Shown: one piece after another, positions 28,748-38,585 of the stretch
Layout of the letters: each line of letters begins with the position of its first letter
Numbering within the stretch: position 1 is the first letter of the stretch
From: Polyangiaceae bacterium
GTDB taxonomy: Bacteria > Myxococcota_A > Polyangia > Polyangiales > Polyangiaceae
Length of the DNA: 64,000 bases
Assembly: GCA_044376115.1 (NCBI GenBank)
Contig: JBILLK010000019.1
Span: forward strand, 64,001 to 128,000
Direction: 5' to 3'
Made by a program: the position numbers and the translations under genes
Notes under the pieces: model-generated
What the model was told of the DNA's origin: nothing
Seen by the model: only the letters and a program-made list of their open reading frames with translations
Databases searched by the model: none

Positions 28748-29227
28748 TGCTCGCTAGGTTGCCACGATTCGCATAAAAAACGAAGGAGTCTCGCGGCGCC
28801 GCTTCAGCTGCGCCCAGCGGGCGCGTAGAGCATCGTCGGGATCTCTTCTTCGTCATCAAAGAGCGACGACAATGCCTGTCGCATGCGCGCCCTGAGCGGT
28901 AGCTCTTGCGTGCTCGCCACGACTTCGTTCAACGGAGCGCCCCCGAGCACCGACCGCGAGATGTACACCTCAGCCGGGCGCGGAGTGAGGTCGGTTCGAG
29001 CTAGGTTGCCAACGCAGAGTTTCACGAGCTGGAAGAAAGCAGGCTCCGTGCCATGGGCCACATTCTTTGAGAAAACGCACAATTGTTCGAGAAATTCCGT
29101 CGCTTCCCAAAGCCGAGCGGGCTTCCGTCAAACGGGTAACGGCCCCGCGTGCGATAAGTTCCTATCGCGCGGGCTTTCGTCTCCCAGGGTCAGGAAGACC
29201 CGCGGCCCAGCGTCGCTCCGCAGCGTT

Positions 29228-30676
29228 ATGAACCCCAACTACGTCGACGAAGCAAACTGGAAGCAACTCGCGCGCTGGGACGAGGCGGAGGGCTACTTTC
29301 ACCTCGAGACCCGCGACCTCGGCGAGGTCCCGGTTCGCTTGTTTTTGAGCCCATCCCTCCTGGCCGCAGCGGAGACGCAGCTTTACCGGCAGATCGTCAA
29401 CGCCACTCGCTTTCCTGGCGTGAAGCTGGTCGCCATCACGCCCGACGCGCACTACGGCTACGGCGTCCCCGTTGGCTGTGTGATCCTCACCGATCGCCAC
29501 GAGGGCGCGCTGGCCATGGGGCCTGTCGGCTTCGATATCGGCTGCGGCATGGTGAGCGCCAAGAGCGACGTTTCGGTCGACTTGGCGTCTCCCGAGCGCA
29601 AGCTGGCCTTCCATCGCGAGGTGATGCAGCGAGTGAGCTTGGGCGCGGGAGGGACGAGCCGTCGCTTCGGTTCGCTCAACAAGGCGAGCTTCCAAGAACT
29701 CGTTCGCGGTGGCGCTGAGCAGTACGGCTCTCGTCACGGCCAACAGGTGGATCGCGCGCGCGCCGAGCGTCACCGCATCCCGGTGGCGGATTCGTGGGAC
29801 ATCCCCTTCGGTGGGCCCGGTCGGCCGGAGCGCGGTATGGATCAGCTGGGTTCGCTCGGCGGAGGCAACCACTTCATCGAGCTGCAACGCTGCGAAGAGT
29901 CGCAGACGCTGTACGTGCAGTTCCACACGGGAAGCCGAGGCTTCGGTCACGGCTTGGCCACCAACTATTTCGCCATGGCCAAGGCTGAGAACCCGCGTAT
30001 CACCGACATCGATCTGGGCTTTTTTACGCCCGAATCGAAGGAGTACGCCGGCTATCAGAACGCCGTCGCGGCAGGAGGTAACTTCGCCATCATCAACCGC
30101 CTGGTGATGTTCGAAGCAGTGGCCGAAGCCTTCGAGAAGGTGTTCAAGGCTCCGCTCGAGCTCGTCTACGAAATCAGCCACAACTTGGTACAGGCCGAAG
30201 TCCACCCGGAGTTCGGTGAGGTGTGGGTGCATCGCAAGGGCGCGACGCGGGCCTTTCCGGCGGGTCACCCAGCGCTGGCTGGGACGGCCTTCGCCGACAC
30301 CGGGCACCCGGTGCTCATTCCCGGCTCGAACCGCGATGAGAGCTTTATCTTGCGACCTCTTCCTGGGGCGGCCAAGAGTGGGTTCAGCGTCAATCACGGC
30401 GCGGGACGGCGCATGAGCCGCGCTGAAGCCAGCCGCACCCTCTCGCAGGAGAAGGTGAACGAGCAGTACCGACGCGACGGTATCTTGGTGAACCTCGACG
30501 GTGAGGTTCCGCTCGATGAGGCCAACGCCTGCTACAAGTCCTGCCGCGAGGTGGTGGACGTCGTGGTTGGCGCAGGTCTCGCCGAGATCGAGTGCACCCT
30601 TTGGCCGCTCTCGTCGCTCAAGGGAACGGAGCAAGGGTCGGCCTCGCGGCGCGCGAAGAAGGGCCGCAAGCGCTGA
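29228..30676 (+). CDS. rtcB: RtcB-family RNA ligase
   Basis: PDAHYGYGVPVG, VGFDIGCG, GSLGGGNHFIE, HTGSRG, HRKGAT, HGAGR, DEA..YK; ATG 29228. Confidence 0.95.
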   Translation: MNPNYVDEANWKQLARWDEAEGYFHLETRDLGEVPVRLFLSPSLLAAAETQLYRQIVNATRFPGVKLVAITPDAHYGYGVPVGCVILTDRHEGALAMGPVGFDIGCGMVSAKSDVSVDLASPERKLAFHREVMQRVSLGAGGTSRRFGSLNKASFQELVRGGAEQYGSRHGQQVDRARAERHRIPVADSWDIPFGGPGRPERGMDQLGSLGGGNHFIELQRCEESQTLYVQFHTGSRGFGHGLATNYFAMAKAENPRITDIDLGFFTPESKEYAGYQNAVAAGGNFAIINRLVMFEAVAEAFEKVFKAPLELVYEISHNLVQAEVHPEFGEVWVHRKGATRAFPAGHPALAGTAFADTGHPVLIPGSNRDESFILRPLPGAAKSGFSVNHGAGRRMSRAEASRTLSQEKVNEQYRRDGILVNLDGEVPLDEANACYKSCREVVDVVVGAGLAEIECTLWPLSSLKGTEQGSASRRAKKGRKR

Positions 30677-30685
30677 GCTTGCGGG

Positions 30686-31462
30686 CTAGGGCTCGACTTT
30701 GGCGAGCACGAGCGTGACGTTGTCAACGCCGCCTTTGGCGTTGGCAGCGTCCACCAGTGCAGCCACGAGCGACTCGAGGTCGCTGTTCGGTGGAGCCGCG
30801 CTTTCGAGGGCTTGGGCCAGCTCCTGCTCGGAGAGCTGGCCGGAAAGGCCATCTGAGCAGAGCAGGTACACGTCCCCGGGAAGGCAGGCGTGCTGCAACA
30901 CGTCCACTTGAACGTCTTCACGAATGCCAAGGGCCCGCGTGATCACGTTGGGTGGCAGCTGCGATACTTCTTCCGCCGTCATCCAAGGAGCCGCGTGAAC
31001 AGCGTCGCTCACGAGCGAGTGATCCCGCGTGAGCTGGCTAAGCTTGCCATCACGGAAGAGGTAGCAGCGGCTATCGCCCACGTTGGCGATCGCCACGTGC
31101 GTTCGATCCTCGGAGAACATGCACGCGACGCAGGTCGTGCCCATGCCGAAATCGGTCAGCGTCTTCAGCGACCGATCAAAGATGCGGCGGTTGGCCAGCC
31201 GAAAGCCGGTGACGAGGTAGTTCTCCTCCTCGGAGAGGTTGCGATCGTAGGGGAAGGGCCAGGTCGCGTCGGGCCGAACCGTGACCACGAAGAAGTCATT
31301 GATGGTGTCGACCGCGAGCGCGCTTGCAATGCTCCCGGAGCGATGACCGCCGAGGCCGTCCGCTACGAGACCGAGCCTGTACTCTTCGACGATGCGAAAC
31401 GCGTCCTCGTTTTGCTCTCGCTGGCTCCCGATGTCGGTCTTTGCGGCGAAGCGAACGTTCAC
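30686..31462 (-). CDS. PP2C-family Ser/Thr phosphatase (Stp1/Pph1-like)
   Basis: TDIG..REQNED, VADGLGG, GMGTT, NVGDSR, TRDHS, NVITRALG, LCSDGL, GGVDNVT; GTG 31462. Confidence 0.93.
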   Translation of the reverse strand: MNVRFAAKTDIGSQREQNEDAFRIVEEYRLGLVADGLGGHRSGSIASALAVDTINDFFVVTVRPDATWPFPYDRNLSEEENYLVTGFRLANRRIFDRSLKTLTDFGMGTTCVACMFSEDRTHVAIANVGDSRCYLFRDGKLSQLTRDHSLVSDAVHAAPWMTAEEVSQLPPNVITRALGIREDVQVDVLQHACLPGDVYLLCSDGLSGQLSEQELAQALESAAPPNSDLESLVAALVDAANAKGGVDNVTLVLAKVEP

Positions 31463-31666
31463 CGAGGCTCCGACGCGGCATGACCGAACATCCACTCGGC
31501 GTAGAACCATTGGCGGTGGATGGCAAGTCCATCCCGTCAGACACAATTCGTTACGCGTTCGGGTTCCGTTGAAACAAACTGAAACCGTCGTCGCGGCCCT
31601 CGGCGAGGCCTCCCGGCGGTGCGCTCCCCGTTCCGCTTTGGGGGCTATCGGCGGTACAACCTGGAG

Positions 31667-32257
31667 ATGGCCGGAAAAGCCGACGTCGTCGCAACGTGGG
31701 TGGGAGCGCTGACGCGGGGTGGACTCCTGTTCACCAACACGGAGGAACGTGGGGTTCGCATGGCCGTGGTGCTTGTCGGGGAGCGCCGCTTGGCAGAGCT
31801 GCGAGAGTGGTTCCTGCCGTTGAGCGTCGCCACTCGACTCGAGATTCGTGAAGCCGCCATCAGTTTCTGTTTGCACTTCTTCTGTGCCGACCGCGTTTGT
31901 AGCACCGAAGAGGTGGCTTTTCTCGAGCAGGTCTTCGATTCCTGTGATCTGCCTCTGGCAGAGCGTCGCCAGTATTATGCCTTGCTGCGGGCTGCGTTGG
32001 TTGATGTGCGCAAGTTGCCACACGCCGAGACCATCGCGGAGATCTGCTGCCACCCGGTGCTGCGTGAAATCCTGCTCGCGATCGGTTGGCACATCGCGCT
32101 CGGCGACCGCGAACTAAGCGCGCCCGAAGAGAAGCTCTGGCTGCGGCTTGCCAGGCTCTTCTCGATTCCTGAGCAGCGGGCACACGAACTCGCTGCAACC
32201 ATTGAGGCCTACGGTGAAGGTCGCCCAAGCGCGAAGGACGCGCCCGTTGGTGAATGA
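31667..32257 (+). CDS. TerB-like protein
   Basis: Two TerB-type motifs, CADRVCSTEEVAFL and ALGDRELSAPEEKL. Confidence 0.6.
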   Translation: MAGKADVVATWVGALTRGGLLFTNTEERGVRMAVVLVGERRLAELREWFLPLSVATRLEIREAAISFCLHFFCADRVCSTEEVAFLEQVFDSCDLPLAERRQYYALLRAALVDVRKLPHAETIAEICCHPVLREILLAIGWHIALGDRELSAPEEKLWLRLARLFSIPEQRAHELAATIEAYGEGRPSAKDAPVGE

Positions 32258-32294
32258 CTCGTGACCGTCTCTTCCTCCCAGGGTAGAGAAGCGC

Positions 32295-32666
32295 ATGTCC
32301 CGACAGATTCACGATGCCAGCGCCAGAACGGCTGCCGCTCAGGCCTTCCTTTCGAGTTACCACGCCGACGTCGTCGACTCGGTAGTCCGCGCCGTGAAGG
32401 AGGAGCGTGTGGTGGTGGTGGGAATGAAGCAGAACCCCCACGTGAAGAACGTACGCAAGGCGCTGGATGAAGCGGGAATCGCCTTCCGCTACCTCGAGAT
32501 CGGGAGCTACTTCTCTGAATGGAAGGCGCGGCTCGCGATCAAAATGTGGAGCGGCTGGCCCACCTTCCCGCAGGTGTTCGTGCGCGGGGAGTTGTTCGGC
32601 GGCGAGGACCTGGTCAAGGCCGCCTTGGCGGACGGTTCACTGCGCGCACGTCTCGATCGCGTTTGA
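32295..32666 (+). CDS. Glutaredoxin-fold protein lacking cysteines
   Basis: SGWPTFPQVFVRGELFGG (GrxD-type cis-Pro/GG motif); NPHV at the CxxC position. Confidence 0.85.
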   Translation: MSRQIHDASARTAAAQAFLSSYHADVVDSVVRAVKEERVVVVGMKQNPHVKNVRKALDEAGIAFRYLEIGSYFSEWKARLAIKMWSGWPTFPQVFVRGELFGGEDLVKAALADGSLRARLDRV

Positions 32667-32668
32667 GT

Positions 32669-33739
32669 TCAGTCGAGCAGCGGCCGAGCGCGCTCGCCGG
32701 AAAAACGCAGGTGCACGTGGTCCATGTGCCACGGTGAGGCCACCAGCACGCCCTCCTCGGAGAGGGCGACGCTGGCGAGCTCTTTCAGGAAGCCTCGTTC
32801 GCGTAGCTCCTGGCCCACGCGGATGAGCTCGCGACGGTAGGCGTCATCGACGAACACCTTCACCAACCGGCCTTCCTCCTCCTCGGCGATGGTGCCGATG
32901 AAGTACGCCAAACGCTCGAAGTCGATGCCCTTGGCGGTCCCCGGTGAGCAGCCCGCGTGGGTCTCGTCGAGGAACACCCGTTTGCAATGATCCCGCACGT
33001 TGGACGGCAAGAAGTCGTTGGCGGGCAGCCCCACGTCCACGTCGGCTCCACCTTCATGGCTGATATGGCGGACGACCCCGAGGTCGGTCTTGGGGCGTTT
33101 GCCGTTCCATTGGCTGATGTCGGAGACCCAGATCGGCTCCGAGTCGAAGGTCTTTCGCGTCTTCTCGAAGGCCGCCATCAGCGATTGCACGACGTCGATG
33201 CGAGCAAACGTGTAACGCGCCGGGCCCTGTACCAAGTAGCCAGCCGTGCGTCCTCGTGGCGCAGGTAGCCCGACCAAGCTGCGGGCCAGCTCGGAGCCGT
33301 CCTTTAGTCCGCGCACCGAGGGCGGTTTGTTGTCGTCGCTCGAGGTCGCGATCAAGGTGAGCGTCACCGGGTCGGCGACGTCTACGAGGAGGCTCAATTC
33401 CTCCGCTTCGTCGGCCGTGAGGCCCGAATAAACGCAGGGCAGAAGGCCGTCCTCCTCCATCGGCGCTGCGCGCCTCACCGCGCGCGCAAACGGACCTTGG
33501 CCGAAGATCCGCGCACCCAACAGCGCCTCCCGCGGCCCGCGTACGACCAGCGAGACGAAGGAGCTCGCCGGCACCTTCGCGGTGAGCAGGCTGCGGCCGG
33601 CGGGTAGCGATAGCGGTGAGGTCTCGAGCGACAACGTGAGCGCGGAACTCGCGCCTTCGTCGGCCCAGCTGCGTGGGCTCAAGCCAAGCCCGAACAGCGC
33701 GCCGGCCGAGAGCAGCGACCGCCGCGAGCAGGCGCTCAT
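32669..33739 (-). CDS. MepA-like (LAS) murein endopeptidase, probable Tat signal
   Basis: SRRSLL leader; VSDIS, HISHEGGADVD, HMDHVH; ATGA overlap with the upstream gene. Confidence 0.75.
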   Translation of the reverse strand: MSACSRRSLLSAGALFGLGLSPRSWADEGASSALTLSLETSPLSLPAGRSLLTAKVPASSFVSLVVRGPREALLGARIFGQGPFARAVRRAAPMEEDGLLPCVYSGLTADEAEELSLLVDVADPVTLTLIATSSDDNKPPSVRGLKDGSELARSLVGLPAPRGRTAGYLVQGPARYTFARIDVVQSLMAAFEKTRKTFDSEPIWVSDISQWNGKRPKTDLGVVRHISHEGGADVDVGLPANDFLPSNVRDHCKRVFLDETHAGCSPGTAKGIDFERLAYFIGTIAEEEEGRLVKVFVDDAYRRELIRVGQELRERGFLKELASVALSEEGVLVASPWHMDHVHLRFSGERARPLLD

Positions 33740-35652
33740 TCGTGAACGATCACCACGGTGCCTTCACCGAACTCTTCACCGGCGATCACGCTGTGCCAGC
33801 CCTCGGGGATCGCCGGCTCGGTCCATAGGAAGACGCGATGGGCGTCGATCGGCGAGAGGTTCACGCAACCGTGACTGCGCTTCTTGCCGAACACGTCATG
33901 CCAATAGGCCGCGTGCAGCGCGAAGCCCGACTCGAAGTATTGGATGTAGGGCACGTCGCGCAGGGCGTAAGTCCCTTCACCGCGGCGCTTGGTTACGCCG
34001 TATTCGCCGTCTCCCTTCTTGGGGATCGGCTTGCCGTCGGCCTTGGCCTTCGGATCCGCCTTGGCCTTCGGATCGGCTTTGGGCTTGGGTGCCGCTTTGG
34101 GATCTTTGGCTTTGGGCTTGTCCTTCGGCTTGGCTTTGTCAGGCGTTTTGGCGCCCGGCTTCGCGTCTTTGGCCGCAGGCTTCGCGTCTTTGTTGGCCGG
34201 CTTTCCCTCGGCGTCCGCTTTGGGTGCTGAGCGTTTGGCGAAGCTCTGGCTGCCGCCCACCGAGGTCGACTCATTGGAGTCCATGGTGGCGGTAATGTGC
34301 TTGTTGCGAATGCGGAACTCCCCAACGACGGTGGGGTACTCCTCGCGGCCGGTGGAGACCAACGTCGCGTAGATGGGCCGTTTGCCCTCCCACATCACCA
34401 ACGTTTGCTCGTTCAGGCTGACCTCGATCCATTTGCCGCCCTCTTCGGCCACCTTCGGCCAGGTGCGCGGCGCGATCACCAAACCAACGTCGCTGCCGCG
34501 TACGAAGCTGCCGTCGGTGAGGCCGAGGTAGCGTTCGCCGTTGGCCTTCTTTTGTTTGCCGGTGAGCTTGACCGTGGAGCGATGGGTAAGCTCCTCGCCG
34601 CGTGTCGCGACACCGTCGGAGATCGAGAAGCGAGCGGCGCCGTCTTCGCGCACGAAGGCGAAGGGCAGCTCGGTCGGCTCATTGATCTCAACGCCGTGCC
34701 AGGGCGAGCCTGAATCTGGCTTCACCTTGGTGGTGGGCGCCAAACGCAGATCCGTCATGATGCCGAAGCGTCGGTTCAGGCCCTCCTCGCCCAGGGCGAA
34801 GGAGCCAACAAAGGCCAGGCCCGTGAAGCGACGTGCGCGGTCGGCGAAGGCTGCGTATTCCGGCACCTCGAAGTCGGAGACGTTGGGGATCGCTCGTTTG
34901 CCGCCGGCGAGCCAAGCGGGGATCGGGTCGTTGTCGCTCTGACCGCCGAAGAGCTGCCCCAAGCCGAGTTCGGTCGAGTTTTTCTGCTCGCCTAGCTCGC
35001 CCACGGCCTTGTTTTTGAGCGGCACGCCGCGCTCGTCCACAGGCACGTCCCAGGCTCCGAGTTTGACCTTGTTGACCTCGCTGGCGTTGGCTGCGTACCA
35101 ATCCAAATGGTCCTTCAGCTTGAACTCGGCCTTGTGTTGTTGCTCCGCCGTCGGCGCGATCAAATACATCGGTAAAACGGCGCGCACGAAGCCGTAGCGA
35201 TAGGGCAGCGGAGCCACCAAGTTTGGCCGCACCGAGGCCGCTGCGAGGATCGGATCATCGAGATCGATGGTGGCGTCTTTGCCCACACACACGAAGCCGA
35301 CCGGCTCGATTTGATACCAGCCGCCGGGGCAAGCCTTGTTGGTGCTATGCGGCTGCTCCGAGCGAGGCACCTTGGAGCCGAGCCGCAGGTAGCCGAGCTT
35401 GCGCGAGGTGTCCCGCGGTTCGTCGTAGACGATGGTGGTGAAGGACGTGACCCCCAACATCGGCCGACCGTCCGGCGCCATGCTCTTCGGGATCGAGTTC
35501 TTGCCGAAATTGACGGCCGGCGGCACCACGCCGGCGGGACCTGGGGCCGAGCTCGAGGCCTGCACTTCGGCCGAGCCTTCGGTGGGCGAGGGGCGTTGGC
35601 AGCTGATCTGCAGCGCGCACGAAAACGCCAGCATCGAAACGGCCCATCTCAT
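33736..35652 (-). CDS. L,D-transpeptidase (YkuD) family lipoprotein
   Basis: WIEVSLNEQTL, VSTG, ALHAAYWH...SHGCVNL (HxC catalytic motif); leader ending QISC. Confidence 0.92.
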   Translation of the reverse strand: MRWAVSMLAFSCALQISCQRPSPTEGSAEVQASSSAPGPAGVVPPAVNFGKNSIPKSMAPDGRPMLGVTSFTTIVYDEPRDTSRKLGYLRLGSKVPRSEQPHSTNKACPGGWYQIEPVGFVCVGKDATIDLDDPILAAASVRPNLVAPLPYRYGFVRAVLPMYLIAPTAEQQHKAEFKLKDHLDWYAANASEVNKVKLGAWDVPVDERGVPLKNKAVGELGEQKNSTELGLGQLFGGQSDNDPIPAWLAGGKRAIPNVSDFEVPEYAAFADRARRFTGLAFVGSFALGEEGLNRRFGIMTDLRLAPTTKVKPDSGSPWHGVEINEPTELPFAFVREDGAARFSISDGVATRGEELTHRSTVKLTGKQKKANGERYLGLTDGSFVRGSDVGLVIAPRTWPKVAEEGGKWIEVSLNEQTLVMWEGKRPIYATLVSTGREEYPTVVGEFRIRNKHITATMDSNESTSVGGSQSFAKRSAPKADAEGKPANKDAKPAAKDAKPGAKTPDKAKPKDKPKAKDPKAAPKPKADPKAKADPKAKADGKPIPKKGDGEYGVTKRRGEGTYALRDVPYIQYFESGFALHAAYWHDVFGKKRSHGCVNLSPIDAHRVFLWTEPAIPEGWHSVIAGEEFGEGTVVIVHE

Positions 35653-35805
35653 GGGGAGGTTCTGCCAAAGAATCGCTCCAGACGCACGAGCGAATTTTCC
35701 ACTGCTGCCGTAGGAGCCCCGCAACGTGACCTTTGGCTCGACATTGCAAGCCATCTTCGGAATGATGGCGCGCCCCTTGCCGCCGGCTTGGACGCCAACC
35801 TAGAC

Positions 35806-37155
35806 ATGCCCAAATCCTTTCTCCTTCGGTCGATTCGGAGCGTCGCGTTTGCGACAGCGCTGCTGCCAACGGTTGCTCTACCGTGCGCGGCCTTTGCTCA
35901 GAGTGGCGGCGGCGCAAGCGCGGCGAGCCCCGCCAAACACCCGCTCGTCATCTATACCGAGGGGCAGAAATCCAGCGACGCTACCGATCTTGTGACCAGT
36001 ACGCTGCCGGAGACCGCTGCGCTCGACGCCAACGATGCGTTCAAGAAGGCGGCTCAGAAGCGCGGTCAGAAGTTCCCGCTCGGCATCACGCTCACGCTCG
36101 AATCCAAGCGGCAGGCCATGCTCAGCAAGCTGGGCGCCGCCGCCACCGACGTCGGGCTCGAAGTCGTCATCCTCGGCGTCGTGAGGCCTTCGAAGCCCTC
36201 CGGTCGGGAGGTCTTGTTGCTGGTGCTGGAGGCCGGCAAAGACTCGCCGAGCGTGGAGAAGGTGATCAAACTCGGCGCGCCCAATTCCAAAGAAGAGACG
36301 CAAGCTGCGCTCAAGGAGCTCTATGACTCCTGGGCGCCTCCGGTCGTGGCGACGACCACGGAGACCCCAACCGACAAGCCTGCGGAGGAAAAGCCAAAAG
36401 AAGAGGAGGGCGCTGACTTCGTGCGGCCGCCCAACGTGTACGGCCACGAGATCTTCCAAGGCTTCGTCGGCTTTGATTTGGCTGGGCGCTTCTTCAATTA
36501 CAACGACGAGGTATCGAACAACCTGCGTGCATACGACGTGTTCGGCGCGCCCGGAATTGCGGTCAACTTGTCGGTCTATCCGCTTGCGCCCACCGGCATC
36601 GTCTTTCTGCGAGACCTCGGTCTCACCGGGGACTTCCGCATCGCGCTCGGGCTCTCGTCGGCCACCGCGGACGGCAGCGAAGTCGGTACGATGTGGCAGC
36701 GGTTTGGCGGTGGCTTGCGTTACAGGTTGCCGCTCGGCCCCACCGAGGCGCCCTACGTTCTCGGCTTCCGCGGTGGTTTCTATCAGGACGCCTTCACGAT
36801 TGATGAGACGGCCGAACTCGTGGGCGAATCGCCCACCACCGAGTACAACTTCATGCGCGGCGGGCTCGATTTGCGGCTGCCGCTCGGCCCAGTGGCGATC
36901 ACGGCTTTCGGCAATTACAACGGCGCGCTCGCGACCGGTGCCGTGGGTGACCGCTTCAAAGACACCAAGATCGGCGGCATCGACGTCGGTGGTGGTTTGA
37001 CGGTGCCGATCATCTCCGGGCTCGAGGCGCGCCTGCAAGCTGAGTACGTGCGCTGGTTCTACGCCTTCGGTCCGGTGCCCGGAGACAGCTATGTCGCCGG
37101 TGGCGCGCTCGATGAGAACGTCCATATCGAGATCGGTCCTCAATACGTTTATTGA
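35806..37155 (+). CDS. Outer-membrane beta-barrel protein with N-terminal periplasmic domain
   Basis: Signal peptide ending AFA; alternating amphipathic strands; C-terminal IEIGPQYVY. Confidence 0.7.
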   Translation: MPKSFLLRSIRSVAFATALLPTVALPCAAFAQSGGGASAASPAKHPLVIYTEGQKSSDATDLVTSTLPETAALDANDAFKKAAQKRGQKFPLGITLTLESKRQAMLSKLGAAATDVGLEVVILGVVRPSKPSGREVLLLVLEAGKDSPSVEKVIKLGAPNSKEETQAALKELYDSWAPPVVATTTETPTDKPAEEKPKEEEGADFVRPPNVYGHEIFQGFVGFDLAGRFFNYNDEVSNNLRAYDVFGAPGIAVNLSVYPLAPTGIVFLRDLGLTGDFRIALGLSSATADGSEVGTMWQRFGGGLRYRLPLGPTEAPYVLGFRGGFYQDAFTIDETAELVGESPTTEYNFMRGGLDLRLPLGPVAITAFGNYNGALATGAVGDRFKDTKIGGIDVGGGLTVPIISGLEARLQAEYVRWFYAFGPVPGDSYVAGGALDENVHIEIGPQYVY

Positions 37156-37195
37156 CCCTCCTTTCCGCAATCCTCCGACCCCATCGAATAGCCCC

Positions 37196-37663
37196 ATGAC
37201 CTCATCTCAGACTCCGCGGAACATTGCTCGACTCGTTGGGATTGGCCCCTTCGCTGCCGTCATTCTTACGGTCGCGCTTTCCGGTGCGGGTTGCCCGGGG
37301 AGTCTCGAGAACAAAGATCAATTCCTCACCACCGGCGGTGGCGGGGAGGGCGGCGGCGGTTGTGGAGACGTGCCGGCATTTCTTCAGCAGCGTTGCGCCT
37401 CCTCCAATTGTCACGACGCGGACATGCCCATCGCTGGCTTGGACCTGACGGACGATGAAGGCTTGGTGGCGCGCATCAAAGACGTCGACGGTCTGGGCAG
37501 CGGCTGCACCACGGCAAAGCTTGCGGACTCGGCCAACCCTGCGGAGAGCCTGATCTACACCAAGTGCGTGGCCCCCACCTGCGGTAGCAAAATGCCGATC
37601 GGTGGAACTGCGTTCACGCAGACCGACTTCGACTGCATCTTGGGCTGGCTCGAGTCGATCTGA
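37196..37663 (+). CDS. Small c-type cytochrome lipoprotein (CX4CH)
   Basis: Lipobox GAGC; CASSNCH...GLDL...NPAESLIY...KMP (distal Met)...ILGW. Confidence 0.7.
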   Translation: MTSSQTPRNIARLVGIGPFAAVILTVALSGAGCPGSLENKDQFLTTGGGGEGGGGCGDVPAFLQQRCASSNCHDADMPIAGLDLTDDEGLVARIKDVDGLGSGCTTAKLADSANPAESLIYTKCVAPTCGSKMPIGGTAFTQTDFDCILGWLESI

Positions 37664-37709
37664 AGCGTGGACGGTTGTGAGGGCGCAGGTTGTTCAATAG
37701 CTTGCGCCG

Positions 37710-38486
37710 ATGCGATTGCCCCTACTTCTGGTCCTCGGTCTCAGCTCTCTCTCCCTCGCTTGCGGCTCGGAGGCCGGCAGCGCGAGTTCCGCGCAAGCTG
37801 ATGGTTCCTCCGCGTCCAAGGATGCAAAGAAGACGTCCAAGAGCGCAGCTCCCTCCGCGAGCGCCGCAGCGAGCGCGGCACCGACGAGCGCTCCGACGAG
37901 CGCCCCAACGGCCAACGCTTCGGCCGCACCGAGCGCAGCTCCCGCGGCCAGCGGCTCGCCTAGCGCACCGCCTGCAGCCGGTGGCCTAGCCTCGATGTTC
38001 ACCGGTGATCCGGACCCGGCGATCAAGTTCCTCAAGCAGAAGCAAATTCCGAATGAGCCGGTGTGGATTCAGATCGTTCCCTATTGGGAAGCCAACACCG
38101 ATGAGCCTTCGCCGAACGAGCCGTACACGACGCTCGATCTGTACGGAAAGGACAAGCACGCGTACATCGGCATGGGGCTGTACGCCGTGGATCCCAGCAA
38201 AGAGGCGAACCGTCTTTCGAACCACTGCTCGTGGGCCTCGGCGAGCAAGTGCACCTTCGGTGAGCCCGTCGACGGCACGCTCGGGCAGGGCATCAAGGTG
38301 AAGATCGCCGAAGGTACCGCGGAGATCATGCGCAAGCCGGCCAAGGTTTGGTGGATGAAGGGCGACGTGCAGGGCAAGGAGCTATTCGTGTTCACTGCGC
38401 TGCGCTCCGATGTCTGGAAGAAGCTCGAGGGCGAGCAGTTGGCCATGCTCAAGAGCGTCAAGGTCATGGGCCCCAACGTGAAGTGA
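37710..38486 (+). CDS. Lipoprotein, unknown function
   Basis: Lipobox SLAC; Ala/Ser/Pro linker; GC3-biased frame. Confidence 0.75.
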   Translation: MRLPLLLVLGLSSLSLACGSEAGSASSAQADGSSASKDAKKTSKSAAPSASAAASAAPTSAPTSAPTANASAAPSAAPAASGSPSAPPAAGGLASMFTGDPDPAIKFLKQKQIPNEPVWIQIVPYWEANTDEPSPNEPYTTLDLYGKDKHAYIGMGLYAVDPSKEANRLSNHCSWASASKCTFGEPVDGTLGQGIKVKIAEGTAEIMRKPAKVWWMKGDVQGKELFVFTALRSDVWKKLEGEQLAMLKSVKVMGPNVK

Positions 38487-38585
38487 AGCGGCCGACGGCG
38501 GGCGCGTGAGTTTGCGCGCTCGTCGATGAAGGAATCTGCGTGGGCGGACATGTAGTGGGACGACCCTTCAACCAAGGAACCCACG

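Noticed and set aside
28883..29227. N-terminal extension of RtcB in the ORF track (likewise PP2C to 32092 and barrel from 35311)
   Set aside because: No family similarity; better internal starts exist
29228..30676. Intein in RtcB
   Set aside because: Normal length (482 aa), motifs contiguous, no splice-junction residues
33736..37155. L,D-transpeptidase tethering the divergent beta-barrel to peptidoglycan
   Set aside because: Predicted mature N-terminus starts with Gln, not the Gly/Ala used in known barrel tethering; adjacency alone is weak
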